Part shown: positions 17,443-27,535 of the stretch, piece by piece
Position numbering within the stretch: the first letter of the stretch is position 1
How the letters are laid out: every line of letters starts with the position of its first letter
IMG/VR virus record: IMGVR_UViG_2565956716_000008
DNA length: 40,864 nucleotides
From: a virus
Lineage: Duplodnaviria > Heunggongvirae > Uroviricota > Caudoviricetes
Strand: one strand, 5' to 3'
The notes under the pieces: generated by a model
Told to the model about the DNA's origin: nothing
The model's input: the letters and a program-made list of their open reading frames with translations, nothing else
Databases searched by the model: none
Made by a program: the position numbers and the translations under genes

Positions 17443-17567
17443 GAACCAGCTCCCACTGCCAGAGGGGAGGGGCGGGTCAAATCCCTGTGACCTGACGTCT
17501 TCCGGACTGCCCGCCCCATCGTTTTTTTATACCCGCGAAAAATGAAATTTAACCAGGAGTGCCGCAT

Positions 17568-18062
17568 ATGGCTGGAACGGCGGGGCGTTCCGGGCGTCGC
17601 CCCAAGCCAACGGCGCGCAAGGCGCTGGCCGGAAACCCCGGCAAGCGAGCCCTGAATAAAGATGAACCTGTTTTTACGCCCATCAAAGGTGTTGAGCCAC
17701 CGGAGTGGTTCGCAGAAGAAAATCTCCCTCTCGCCACGATCATGTGGCAACTGACAACCAAAGAACTCTGCGGTCAGGGCCTGTTGTGCGTGACTGACCT
17801 CGCGGTGCTTGAGCGGTGGTGCGTGGCCTATGAGTTCTGGCGACGTGCCGTGAAAAATATTGCCATACAGGGCAACACCATCACCGGTGCAATGGGCGGC
17901 AGGGTCAAAAATCCGGAGCTGACCGCCAAAAAAGAACAGGAGTCCGAGATGAGCAGCACGGGGGCAATGCTCGGACTCGACCCCAGCAGCCGCCAGCGTC
18001 TGATTGGCCTGGCGGGGCAGAAGAAAGCCACTAACCCGTTTCTGAAAATTATCGAATCATGA
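17568..18062 (+). CDS. terminase small subunit
   Basis: AGGAG RBS 8 nt before ATG 17568; precedes and overlaps large terminase. Confidence 0.7.
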   Translation: MAGTAGRSGRRPKPTARKALAGNPGKRALNKDEPVFTPIKGVEPPEWFAEENLPLATIMWQLTTKELCGQGLLCVTDLAVLERWCVAYEFWRRAVKNIAIQGNTITGAMGGRVKNPELTAKKEQESEMSSTGAMLGLDPSSRQRLIGLAGQKKATNPFLKIIES

Positions 18063-19792
18063 GCCGGAAATCTTACCCCAACGTAAATGCTGCAAATCAG
18101 TATGCCCGGGATGTCGTGCGCGGAAAGATTGTGGCCTGCCAGTTTGTGATTCAGGCCTGCCAGCGCCATCTTGATGACCTGATGGCGGAAAAAAGTAAGT
18201 CGTTTCGTTACCGCTTCGACAAGGACCTGGCTGAACGGGCCGCCAAATTTATTCAGCTGTTGCCGCATACCAAGGGTGAGTGGGCATTCAAACGGATGCC
18301 CATCACGCTGGAGCCGTGGCAGCTATTTGTGATCTGCTGTGCGTTTGGCTGGGTCAATAAAGGCACCCGATTGCGCCGCTTCCGGGAGGTGTATACCGAA
18401 ATTCCCCGTAAGAACGGCAAATCGGCAATCTCTGCCGGTGTTGCCCTGTATTGTTTTGCCTGTGATAACGAGTTTGGCGCGGAAGTGTATTCCGGTGCCA
18501 CGACAGAGAAACAGGCGTGGGAAGTCTTTCGCCCGGCGCGACTGATGTGTAAACGCACACCCATGCTGACGGAAGCGTTCGGGATTGAGGTTAACGCCTC
18601 AAACATGAACCGTCCGGAGGATGGCGCGCGGTTTGAACCGCTGATCGGCAACCCCGGTGATGGTTCATCACCCCACTGTGCCGTGGTTGATGAATATCAC
18701 GAGCATGCCACCGATGCGCTTTATACCACAATGCTTACCGGGATGGGGGCGCGACGTCAGCCACTGATGTGGGCCATCACCACCGCCGGGTACAACATTG
18801 AGGGGCCGTGCTACGACAAGCGGCGGGAAGTCATCGAGATGCTCAACGGCTCGGTGCCTAACGATGAACTGTTCGGGATCATCTATACCGTTGACGAAGG
18901 TGACGACTGGACCAACCCACAGGTGCTGGAAAAAGCCAACCCGAATATCGGGGTGTCGGTTTACCGTGAGTTTTTGTTAAGTCAGCAACAGCGTGCGAAA
19001 AATAACGCCCGTCTGGCAAACGTCTTTAAAACAAAACACCTCAATATCTGGGTGTCGGCGCGTTCGGCGTATTTCAACCTGGTGAGCTGGCAGAGCTGCG
19101 AGGATAAATCACTGACCCTTGAGCAGTTCGAGGGGCAGCCGTGCATTCTGGCCTTTGACCTGGCGCGTAAGCTGGATATGAACAGCATGGCGCGACTTTA
19201 TACCCGCGAGATTGACGGTAAAACGCATTACTACAGTGTGGCCCCGCGTTTCTGGGTACCGTATGACACGGTGTACAGCGTCGAGAAAAATGAAGATCGA
19301 CGGACAGCCGAACGCTTTCAGAAATGGGTGGAAATGGGCGTTCTGACCGTTACCGATGGTGCGGAGGTGGATTATCGCTACATCCTCGAGGAGGCCAAAG
19401 CGGCGAACAAAATCAGCCCGGTCAGTGAGTCACCCATCGACCCCTTCGGGGCGACCGGGTTGTCACATGACCTTGCTGATGAAGACCTGAACCCCATCAC
19501 TATCATTCAGAACTACACCAACATGTCCGACCCGATGAAAGAGCTGGAAGCGGCAATTGAATCGGGGCGCTTTCATCATGATGGCAATCCCATCATGACC
19601 TGGTGTATCGGTAACGTGGTCGGCAAAACCATTCCGGGTAACGATGATGTGGTGAAGCCCGTCAAAGAGCAGGCGGAAAACAAAATCGATGGTGCAGTTG
19701 CGCTGATTATGGCGGTTGGCAGAGCCATGCTGTACGAGAAAGAAGACACGCTGTCTGACCACATTGAGTCCTATGGGATCCGCTCGCTTTAA
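18059..19792 (+). CDS. terminase large subunit
   Basis: 577 aa; ATPase and nuclease regions typical of HK97-type TerL; start overlaps terS stop. Confidence 0.85.
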
Positions 19793-19803
19793 CTGAGGTA
19801 ATT

Positions 19804-19986
19804 ATGATCATGCTGATTCTCGCGCCTCTGGTGGGCGTGCTGGGGGCGCTTTTGCTGGCGTATGGTGCCTGGCTGATTTATCCCCCGGCGGGGTTTGTTG
19901 TTGCCGGGGCGTTGTGCCTGTTCTGGTCGTGGCTGGTGGCGCGATATCTCGACCGTACACAGTCGTCTGTCGGCGGAGGTAAATAG
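19804..19986 (+). CDS. small membrane protein (two TM), hypothetical
   Basis: 60-aa hydrophobic ORF between terL and portal. Confidence 0.3.
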
Positions 19987-21227
19987 TGTTCTTTTCGGGA
20001 TTATTTCAACGAAAAAGTGACGCACCGGTGACCACGCCAGCAGAGCTGGCGGATGCTATCGGGTTGTCCTACGACACCTATACCGGAAAGCAGATCAGCA
20101 GCCAGCGGGCCATGCGACTGACGGCGGTTTTTTCCTGTGTCAGGGTGCTGGCGGAGTCGGTCGGGATGTTGCCCTGCAACCTGTATCACCTGAACGGCAG
20201 CCTGAAGCAGAGAGCCACTGGTGAACGTCTGCATAAGCTGATCTCCACGCATCCCAATGGCTATATGACGCCGCAGGAGTTCTGGGAGCTGGTGGTCACC
20301 TGTCTGTGCCTGCGGGGAAACTTTTACGCCTACAAAGTGAAAGCATTTGGCGAAGTGGCTGAACTGCTGCCCGTCGATCCCGGCTGTGTGGTACCGAAGC
20401 TTAACAGTAGCTGGGAGCCGGTCTATCAGGTCACATTCCCGGATGGCTCCACGGATGTACTGAGCCAGGAGGATATCTGGCATGTGCGCACGCTGACGCT
20501 GGACGGACTGGTGGGGCTGAATCCCATCGCCTATGCCCGCGAGGCAATATCGCTGGCGGCAGCGACCGAAGAGCACGGGGCCAGACTGTTCAGCAATGGC
20601 GCGGTGACGTCGGGTGTGTTGCGTACAGAGCAGACGCTGTCAGATCAGGCTTATGAGCGCCTGAAGAAAGATTTTGAGGAGCGTCACACCGGGCTTGGCA
20701 ATGCTCACCGCCCGATGATCCTTGAGATGGGGCTGGACTGGAAGTCGATGGCGCTGAACGCCGAGGACAGCCAGTTCCTGGAAACCCGCAAGTTTCAGCT
20801 TGAAGAAATCTGTCGTCTGTTCCGGGTGCCATTGCACATGGTGCAGAACACCGATCGCGCCACCTTCAACAATATCGAAGAGCTGGGGCTGGGATTTATC
20901 AACTATTCACTGGTGCCGTATCTGACCCGCATTGAGCAGCGGATCAACACCGGACTGGTACGAAAAAGTAAGCAGGGCGTTTATTACGCCAAATTTAACG
21001 CCGGGGCGTTACTGCGCGGGGATATGAAGTCCCGTTTTGAAGCCTACGCCACCGGTATCAACTGGGGAATTTACTCTCCCAATGACTGCCGCGACCTGGA
21101 AGATATGAATCCGCGTCCCGGTGGGGATGTCTATCTCACACCGATGAATATGACCACGAAACCCTCCGATGGCAGTAAAGCCGGTAAGCAGAAGGATAAC
21201 GCCAATGCAGACGAAACAACGTCTTGA
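19986..21227 (+). CDS. portal protein (HK97 family)
   Basis: 413 aa, position and sequence character. Confidence 0.8.
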   Translation: MFFSGLFQRKSDAPVTTPAELADAIGLSYDTYTGKQISSQRAMRLTAVFSCVRVLAESVGMLPCNLYHLNGSLKQRATGERLHKLISTHPNGYMTPQEFWELVVTCLCLRGNFYAYKVKAFGEVAELLPVDPGCVVPKLNSSWEPVYQVTFPDGSTDVLSQEDIWHVRTLTLDGLVGLNPIAYAREAISLAAATEEHGARLFSNGAVTSGVLRTEQTLSDQAYERLKKDFEERHTGLGNAHRPMILEMGLDWKSMALNAEDSQFLETRKFQLEEICRLFRVPLHMVQNTDRATFNNIEELGLGFINYSLVPYLTRIEQRINTGLVRKSKQGVYYAKFNAGALLRGDMKSRFEAYATGINWGIYSPNDCRDLEDMNPRPGGDVYLTPMNMTTKPSDGSKAGKQKDNANADETTS

Positions 21228-21855
21228 TGTACCGCTGAGTCTGAAATCTGTCAGTGACTCCGGTGAGTTTGAAGGGTATGGCTCCGTCTTTGGTGTAAAG
21301 GACAGCCACGATGATGTGGTGATGTCCGGGGCATTTGCTGCTTCCCTGCGGGCGTGGAGTGACAGAAAAGCGTTACCTGCGCTGCTCTGGCAGCACCGCA
21401 TGGATGAGCCTATCGGTGTTTACACCGAAATGAAGGAAGACGATGTCGGGCTTTACGTCAGGGGGCGATTGCTCATTGATGATGATCCCCTCGCAAAACG
21501 CGCACATGCACACATGAAGGCCGGTTCGTTAACCGGCCTTTCTATTGGGTACGTCCTGAAAGACTGGGAATATGACCGGAGCAAAGAAGCCTTTCTGCTG
21601 AAAGAAATCGACCTCTGGGAAGTCAGTCTGGTGACGTTCCCGTCTAACGACGAAGCGCGGATCAGCGACGTCAAGAACGCACTGGCCCGCGGGGAAATCC
21701 CCGAACAGAAAAAAATCGAAAGAGTCCTGCGTGATGTCGGACTCTCCCGTTCCCAGGCCAAAGCATTCATGGCCGGGGGCTATGGCGCACTGTCCCTGCG
21801 CGACGCTGAGGATGTGGGCTCTGCACTGAATGCACTGAAAAATCTGAACTTCTAA
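21205..21855 (+). CDS. prohead protease (HK97 family)
   Basis: FEGYGSVFGVKDSHDDVVMSGAF motif; between portal and capsid. Confidence 0.7.
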   Translation: MQTKQRLDVPLSLKSVSDSGEFEGYGSVFGVKDSHDDVVMSGAFAASLRAWSDRKALPALLWQHRMDEPIGVYTEMKEDDVGLYVRGRLLIDDDPLAKRAHAHMKAGSLTGLSIGYVLKDWEYDRSKEAFLLKEIDLWEVSLVTFPSNDEARISDVKNALARGEIPEQKKIERVLRDVGLSRSQAKAFMAGGYGALSLRDAEDVGSALNALKNLNF

Positions 21856-21869
21856 TCAGGAGAAATACG

Positions 21870-23075
21870 ATGGCGGTTGATATTAAAGATGTCGAACAGG
21901 TCGCGCAGGAGCTGCAGCAGAAGTTTGACGACTTCAAAGCAAAGAACGACAAGCGCGTGGATGCGATTGAGCAGGAAAAAGGCAAGCTTGCCGGGCAGGT
22001 GGAAACCCTGAACGGGAAACTCAGCGAGCTGGAAAATCTCAAAAGCGACCTTGAAAAAGAGCTGCTTGAGCTGAAACGTCCGGCTGGTGGAGCGCAAAAT
22101 AAACTGGCCACCGAGCATAAAGAGGCGTTTGTGGGCTTCCTGCGTAAAGGCCGTGAAGACGGTCTGCGCGATCTGGAGCGTAAGGCATTGCAGGTGGGTA
22201 CCGATGAAGACGGTGGCTACGCCGTGCCGGAAGAACTGGATCGCAACATTCTTAACCTGCTGAAAGATGAAGTGGTGATGCGTCAGGAAGCCACGGTGAT
22301 CACCGTTGGCGGTTCCGACTACAAAAAACTGGTGAATCTGGGCGGTACGGCTTCCGGATGGGTGGGGGAAACGGATACGCGATCCCAGACTGCCACCTCC
22401 AGACTGGAGCTGATTGAACCTCTCATGGGGGAAATCTACGGCAACCCGCAGGCTACCCAGAAAATGCTGGACGATGCCTTCTTCAACGTAGAGGCCTGGA
22501 TCAACAGCGAGCTGGCAACCGAATTTGCCGAACAGGAAGAAATTGCCTTTACCTCAGGCGATGGCACCAAGAAGCCGAAAGGGTTCCTGGCGTATGAATC
22601 CACCGATGAAACCGACAAGGTCCGGGCGTTCGGCAAACTTCAGCATATTGTATCCGGCGAAGCGACCGCGGTGACCGCAGACGCCATTATCAAACTGATT
22701 TACACGCTGCGTAAGGCACACCGCACTGGCGCGAAGTTCATGATGAACAACAACAGCCTGTTTGCCATCCGTCTGCTGAAAGACACCGAGGGTAACTATC
22801 TGTGGCGTCCGGGGCTGGAACTGGGGCAGCCGTCCTCTCTGGCGGGTTACGGTATCGCTGAAAACGAACAGATGCCGGATATCGCCGCTGATGCGAAAGC
22901 CATTGCATTTGGTAACTTCAAACGGGGTTACACCATCGTTGACCGTATCGGCACCCGCATTCTGCGTGACCCGTACACCAATAAACCGTTTGTCGGTTTT
23001 TATACCACCAAGCGCACCGGCGGGATGCTGGTCGATTCGCAGGCCATCAAACTGCTGAAGATTGCAGCGGCGTAA
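21870..23075 (+). CDS. major capsid protein (HK97 fold) with N-terminal coiled-coil delta domain
   Basis: 401 aa; charged coiled-coil N-terminus then capsid domain; GC-rich hairpin after stop. Confidence 0.8.
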   Translation: MAVDIKDVEQVAQELQQKFDDFKAKNDKRVDAIEQEKGKLAGQVETLNGKLSELENLKSDLEKELLELKRPAGGAQNKLATEHKEAFVGFLRKGREDGLRDLERKALQVGTDEDGGYAVPEELDRNILNLLKDEVVMRQEATVITVGGSDYKKLVNLGGTASGWVGETDTRSQTATSRLELIEPLMGEIYGNPQATQKMLDDAFFNVEAWINSELATEFAEQEEIAFTSGDGTKKPKGFLAYESTDETDKVRAFGKLQHIVSGEATAVTADAIIKLIYTLRKAHRTGAKFMMNNNSLFAIRLLKDTEGNYLWRPGLELGQPSSLAGYGIAENEQMPDIAADAKAIAFGNFKRGYTIVDRIGTRILRDPYTNKPFVGFYTTKRTGGMLVDSQAIKLLKIAAA

Positions 23076-23124
23076 TCACTCAGGGGCGCGGAACCGCGCC
23101 CCCTGTTCTGACGGGTGAAGAATC

Positions 23125-23325
23125 ATGATCCTGAAACAAGATCTGAAATGGTCACCGGACGGTATGCGTGTTGAGGTCATTCGGGCCGGTGAGTATGACG
23201 ACGGGGCGCTTCCTGCCCGGGTGCAGGAGATTGCACTTCAGGCCGGGTTAGCAGAGCGCGGAATCAGTGCAAAAAGCAGTAAAGCGGCAAAAGAGAAAAA
23301 AGCCACGACCAGTAAAGAGGGCTGA
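23125..23325 (+). CDS. hypothetical small head protein
   Basis: 66-aa ORF in head module. Confidence 0.3.
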   Translation: MILKQDLKWSPDGMRVEVIRAGEYDDGALPARVQEIALQAGLAERGISAKSSKAAKEKKATTSKEG

Positions 23326-23327
23326 GT

Positions 23328-23651
23328 ATGCTTCTGACAATGGAAGAGATTAAAGCCCAACTCCGGCTGGATGAGGATTTCGATACTGATGACCGCCATC
23401 TGCAACTGCTGGCATGTGCGGCACAAAAGCGGACGGAAACGTATCTGAACCGGAAGCTCTATGCACCGGATGAAACCATTCCGGACAGCGATCCGGACGG
23501 GCTGCACCTGCCGGATGATATTCGTCTGGGGATGCTGATGCTTATCAGCCATTTTTACGAAAACCGCTCGTCGGTTACGGAAGTGGAGAAACTCGACATG
23601 CCGCAGAGTTTTGGCTGGCTTGTCGGCCCGTACAGGTACTTTCCGCAATGA
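23328..23651 (+). CDS. head-tail connector (gp6-like)
   Basis: size and position; EEIKAQLRLDED N-terminus typical. Confidence 0.5.
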   Translation: MLLTMEEIKAQLRLDEDFDTDDRHLQLLACAAQKRTETYLNRKLYAPDETIPDSDPDGLHLPDDIRLGMLMLISHFYENRSSVTEVEKLDMPQSFGWLVGPYRYFPQ

Positions 23652-24058
23652 AAATTCGTCAGGCGCAGACCAGCGCAACCTACATTCTGCCGGACCCCGG
23701 TGAACTGAATAAACGCGTCCTGATCCGCCTGCGGGTGGATATGCCCGCGGATAACTTTGGCGTGGAGCCTCAATACCCGGTTACGTTCCGGACATGGGCG
23801 AAGGTTATCCAGACCAGTGCCACCACCTGGCAGGAAACCGCGCAGACCGGGGACGCCATCACCCATTACATCACCATTCGCTACCGCCGGGGGATCACCG
23901 CTGATTATGAGGTGGTCTGCGGTGACAGTGTGTACCGGGTGAAACGTCAGCGCGATCTGAACGGGGCGCGGCGCTTTCTGCTGCTGGAGTGTACGGAGCT
24001 GGGCGAATGTAGGCAGAGTCACGGAGGCAACAATGACGACTTCCTTTTTGCACGTTGA
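23648..24058 (+). CDS. head-tail adaptor / head closure protein
   Basis: position and size. Confidence 0.45.
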   Translation: MKIRQAQTSATYILPDPGELNKRVLIRLRVDMPADNFGVEPQYPVTFRTWAKVIQTSATTWQETAQTGDAITHYITIRYRRGITADYEVVCGDSVYRVKRQRDLNGARRFLLLECTELGECRQSHGGNNDDFLFAR

Positions 24059-24539
24059 TTTTCAGCAGCCCGCGGAGATGCGCTTTAACCGCGCCCGTGT
24101 CCGGCGGGCGTTTGTCACGATTGGTCAGCGTCATATGCGTGATGCCCGTCGGCTGGTGATGCGCCGTGCGCGGTCGGCACCGGGTGAAAACCCCGGTTAT
24201 CAGACCGGACGCCTGGCTCGTTCGATTGGTTACATGGTACCCAGAGCCAGTAAACATCGCCCTGGTTTTATGGCACGTATAGCCCCTAACCAGCGTAATG
24301 GAGAGGGAAACCGCCGTATCACCGGTGATTTTTATCCGGCTTTTTTGTTCTATGGCGTGAGGCGAGGGGCAAAGCGTCGTCGCAGCCATCATCGTGGTGC
24401 ATCCGGTGGCAGCGGCTGGCGACTGGCTCCACGTAATAACTTCATGGTGGAAACGCTTGAAAAGAACCGCAGCTGGACACGCTATTTTCTGGCGCGGGAA
24501 TTGCGTAAATCACTGAAGCCGGAGCGACGACACAGATGA
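24033..24539 (+). CDS. HK97 gp10-like tail component
   Basis: position, basic composition. Confidence 0.4.
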   Translation: MTTSFLHVDFQQPAEMRFNRARVRRAFVTIGQRHMRDARRLVMRRARSAPGENPGYQTGRLARSIGYMVPRASKHRPGFMARIAPNQRNGEGNRRITGDFYPAFLFYGVRRGAKRRRSHHRGASGGSGWRLAPRNNFMVETLEKNRSWTRYFLARELRKSLKPERRHR

Positions 24540-25096
24540 AACTGACGCCTGTTATTGCTGCACTGCGTGCCCGTTGTCCGTATTTTGAAAACCGGGTTGC
24601 AGGCGCGGCCCAGTTCAAAAATCTGCCGGAGGTCGGAAAGCTGAAACTCCCGGCGGCATATGTTGTACCGGGTGATGATTCTCCGGGAGAAAACAAAAGC
24701 CAGACCGACTACTGGCAGGAGCTGAAAGAGGGCTTCTCCGTGGTTGTCATACTGAGTAACGGGCGTGATGAGCGCGGTCAGTTTGCTTCGTATGATGTGG
24801 TGGACGATGTCCGGCAGATGCTCTTTAAGGCCCTGCTGGGCTGGAACCCGGAAGCGTGCGGTAACCCGATTAACTATGACGGCGGCACGCTGCTGGATCT
24901 GAATCGTCATGAGCTGATTTATCAGTTCGATTTTTCGATCATCAGCGAGCTGACTGAAGACGATACCCGCCAGCAGGATGACCTGAACAGTCTGGATGAA
25001 CTGCGAACGCTGGCGATTGATGTTGATTATCTCGATCCCGGTAACGGGCCTGACGGCGATATCGAACATCACACCGAAATAACCCTTCCTTCCTGA
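24536..25096 (+). CDS. tail completion/terminator protein (Mu-like)
   Basis: position upstream of sheath. Confidence 0.4.
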   Translation: MKLTPVIAALRARCPYFENRVAGAAQFKNLPEVGKLKLPAAYVVPGDDSPGENKSQTDYWQELKEGFSVVVILSNGRDERGQFASYDVVDDVRQMLFKALLGWNPEACGNPINYDGGTLLDLNRHELIYQFDFSIISELTEDDTRQQDDLNSLDELRTLAIDVDYLDPGNGPDGDIEHHTEITLPS

Positions 25097-25104
25097 GAAT
25101 CTTC

Positions 25105-25275
25105 ATGTTTGTGAAACCTGTTAAAGGGCGGTCAGTGCCTGACCCTGCCCGCGGTGACCTTTTGCCCGCCGAAGGGCGAAATGTTGACGAGAACAACTAC
25201 TGGCTGCGCCGTGAAGCAGCGGGTGATATCCGGCGCGTGAATAAAAAGGTGAACACCGATGACGATAAGCTTTAA
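25105..25275 (+). CDS. DUF2635-like small protein upstream of tail sheath (below ORF-track cutoff)
   Basis: 56-aa ORF MFVKPVKGRSVPDP...YWLRR; overlaps sheath start. Confidence 0.35.
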   Translation: MFVKPVKGRSVPDPARGDLLPAEGRNVDENNYWLRREAAGDIRRVNKKVNTDDDKL

Positions 25276-26755
25276 CACCATTCCGTCGAATACGCTGGTT
25301 CCGCTGTTTTATGCGGAAATGGATAACCAGGCGGCGAATACTGCACAGGACAGCGGAGCATCGCTGCTGATTGGTCATGCCAATAACGGTGCAGAGATTG
25401 TTGCCAACAGTCTGGTGCTGATGCCGTCGGCAGACTATGCACGCCAGATTTGTGGTGCGGGAAGTCAGCTGGCGCGTATGGTCGAGGCTTATCGCCAGAC
25501 CGACCCGTTTGGTGAACTGTATGTAATTGCCGTTCCTGAATCCACAGGCGCGGCGGCAACAGTTACGCTGACGGTGACCGGGGCAGCAACCGAAACCGGC
25601 ACGGTGAATGTTTATGTGGGACGTACCCGCGTGCAGGCACCGGTGACCAACGGCGATAACGTCGCGACGATTGCCAGCAGTATAAAAGATGCCATCAATG
25701 CCGTTCCGGCCCTGCCGTTTACGGCCTCATCTTCGGCTGGTGTGGTTACATTGACCGCTCGCCATAAGGGGCTTTGCGGGAATGAAATTCCTGTCAGCCT
25801 CAATTACTACGGCTTTGGTGGGGGCGAAGTGCTGCCAGCGGGCGTACAGATTGCCGTGGCGACGGGTACCGCCGGAACGGGTGCTCCGGTTCTCACCGGC
25901 GCGGTGGCTGCAATGGCGGATGAGCCGTTTGATTATATCGGCCTGCCGTTCAACGACACGGCCTCCGTTAACACGCTGGTGACCGAGATGAACGATACCA
26001 GCGGTCGCTGGAGCTATGCGCGTCAGCTGTATGGTCATGTGTATACGGCAAAGATCGGCACGCTGTCAGAACTGGTGAACGCAGGTGACCAGTTTAACCA
26101 GCAGCACATTACCCTGGCGGGATACGAAAAAGAGACCCAGACGCCTGCCGACGAGCTGGCGGCAAGCCGTACCGCCCGCGCAGCGGTGTTTATTCGCAAC
26201 GATCCGGCACGTCCCACGCAGACCGGTGAGCTGGTGGGTATGCTGCCTGCGCCGAAGGGGAAACGGTTCACGATGACCGAACAACAGACCCTGCTGTCTC
26301 ATGGCGTGGCAACGGCGTATGTCGAAAGCGGGGTGCTGCGCATTCAGCGTGATGTCACCACGTACAGGAAAAACGCTTACGGTGTTGCGGATAACAGCTA
26401 CCTCGACAGCGAGACGCTGCATACCAGCGCGTATGTGCTGCGCAAACTGAAATCCGTCATTACCAGTAAGTACGGGCGTCACAAGCTTGCCAGCGACGGT
26501 ACCCGCTTTGGTCCCGGTCAGGCGATTGTCACACCGGCGGTGATCAAAGGGGAACTGCTGGCAACCTACCGTCAGCTTGAGCGTGCGGGGATCGTGGAAA
26601 ACTACGAACTGTTTAAGCAGTACCTGGTTGTGGAGCGTGATGCCAGCGATCCGAACCGCCTGAACACGCTGTTCCCGCCTGACTATGTTAACCAGTTGCG
26701 TGTCTTTGCCGTGGTTAACCAGTTCCGTCTTCAGTATTCAGAGGAGTCTGCATAA
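25259..26755 (+). CDS. contractile tail sheath protein
   Basis: 498 aa, Mu/P2-type sheath character. Confidence 0.75.
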   Translation: MTISFNTIPSNTLVPLFYAEMDNQAANTAQDSGASLLIGHANNGAEIVANSLVLMPSADYARQICGAGSQLARMVEAYRQTDPFGELYVIAVPESTGAAATVTLTVTGAATETGTVNVYVGRTRVQAPVTNGDNVATIASSIKDAINAVPALPFTASSSAGVVTLTARHKGLCGNEIPVSLNYYGFGGGEVLPAGVQIAVATGTAGTGAPVLTGAVAAMADEPFDYIGLPFNDTASVNTLVTEMNDTSGRWSYARQLYGHVYTAKIGTLSELVNAGDQFNQQHITLAGYEKETQTPADELAASRTARAAVFIRNDPARPTQTGELVGMLPAPKGKRFTMTEQQTLLSHGVATAYVESGVLRIQRDVTTYRKNAYGVADNSYLDSETLHTSAYVLRKLKSVITSKYGRHKLASDGTRFGPGQAIVTPAVIKGELLATYRQLERAGIVENYELFKQYLVVERDASDPNRLNTLFPPDYVNQLRVFAVVNQFRLQYSEESA

Positions 26756-27111
26756 TGGCCCGTATCGGGGGAACCTGTTATTTCAAAATTGACGGTCAGC
26801 AGCTATCGCTGACCGGCGGCATTGAGGTGCCCATGAACAGGACGGTCAATGATGACATCATCGGCCTGGACGGTTCAGTGGACCGCAAGGAAACTCACCG
26901 TGCGCCTTATGTCAAAGGGACCTTCAAGGTGCCGAAGAATTTTCCGGTGAGCAAAATCACCTCGTCTGATGAGATGACCATCACTGCCGAGCTGGCGAAC
27001 GGTCAGGTCTATGTATTGTCGTCCGCCTGGCTGCACGGCGAAGCGAACCATAATGCCGAAGAAGGCACGGTTGATCTTGAGTTCCACGGTGAAGAAGGGG
27101 ATTACCAGTAA
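26755..27111 (+). CDS. tail tube protein
   Basis: 118 aa directly after sheath. Confidence 0.6.
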   Translation: MARIGGTCYFKIDGQQLSLTGGIEVPMNRTVNDDIIGLDGSVDRKETHRAPYVKGTFKVPKNFPVSKITSSDEMTITAELANGQVYVLSSAWLHGEANHNAEEGTVDLEFHGEEGDYQ

Positions 27112-27380
27112 TGAAAGAGCTTGAGTTAAAGAAACCGATTATCGCTCATGGTGAGACACTCTCCGTACTGGAGTTTGATGAACCCACCGGGAAGGATGTC
27201 CGCGAGCTGGGGTATCCCTACCAGATGAATCAGGATGAGTCAGTCAGACTTCTGGCGCATGTGGTGTCGAAATACATTGTGCGGCTGGCGAAAGTGCCGC
27301 AAAGCTCTGTCGACCAGATGTCTCCGGCAGACCTGAATGCAGCGGCGTGGCTTGTGGCTGGTTTTTTCCTCCAGGCCTGA
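27111..27380 (+). CDS. tail assembly chaperone (short form)
   Basis: between tube and tape measure; ends just after TTTTTTC slippery site. Confidence 0.5.
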   Translation: MKELELKKPIIAHGETLSVLEFDEPTGKDVRELGYPYQMNQDESVRLLAHVVSKYIVRLAKVPQSSVDQMSPADLNAAAWLVAGFFLQA

Positions 27381-27535
27381 CGGCTGAATACCTCACTGAT
27401 CGCTTCTTTGACTGCGCCAGCTACTGGCGCATTAATCCTTTCGAATTGCTGAATATGCCGATCAGTGAAATTCCCTTGCTGGTCAGTCAGGCAAACAGGA
27501 TAGAGCAGGAGAAACGCACACATGGCGGAATTTGA
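27347..27535 (+). CDS. -1 frame extension of tail assembly chaperone (frameshift product)
   Basis: -1 frame open from slippery heptamer T TTT TTC (27362-27368) and overlapping tape-measure start. Confidence 0.4.
   Translation: MACGWFFPPGLTAEYLTDRFFDCASYWRINPFELLNMPISEIPLLVSQANRIEQEKRTHGGI

Noticed and set aside
20001-20576. 191-aa minus-strand ORF
   Set aside because: Antisense to the portal gene; Arg/Gln-rich translation typical of GC-rich antisense frames.
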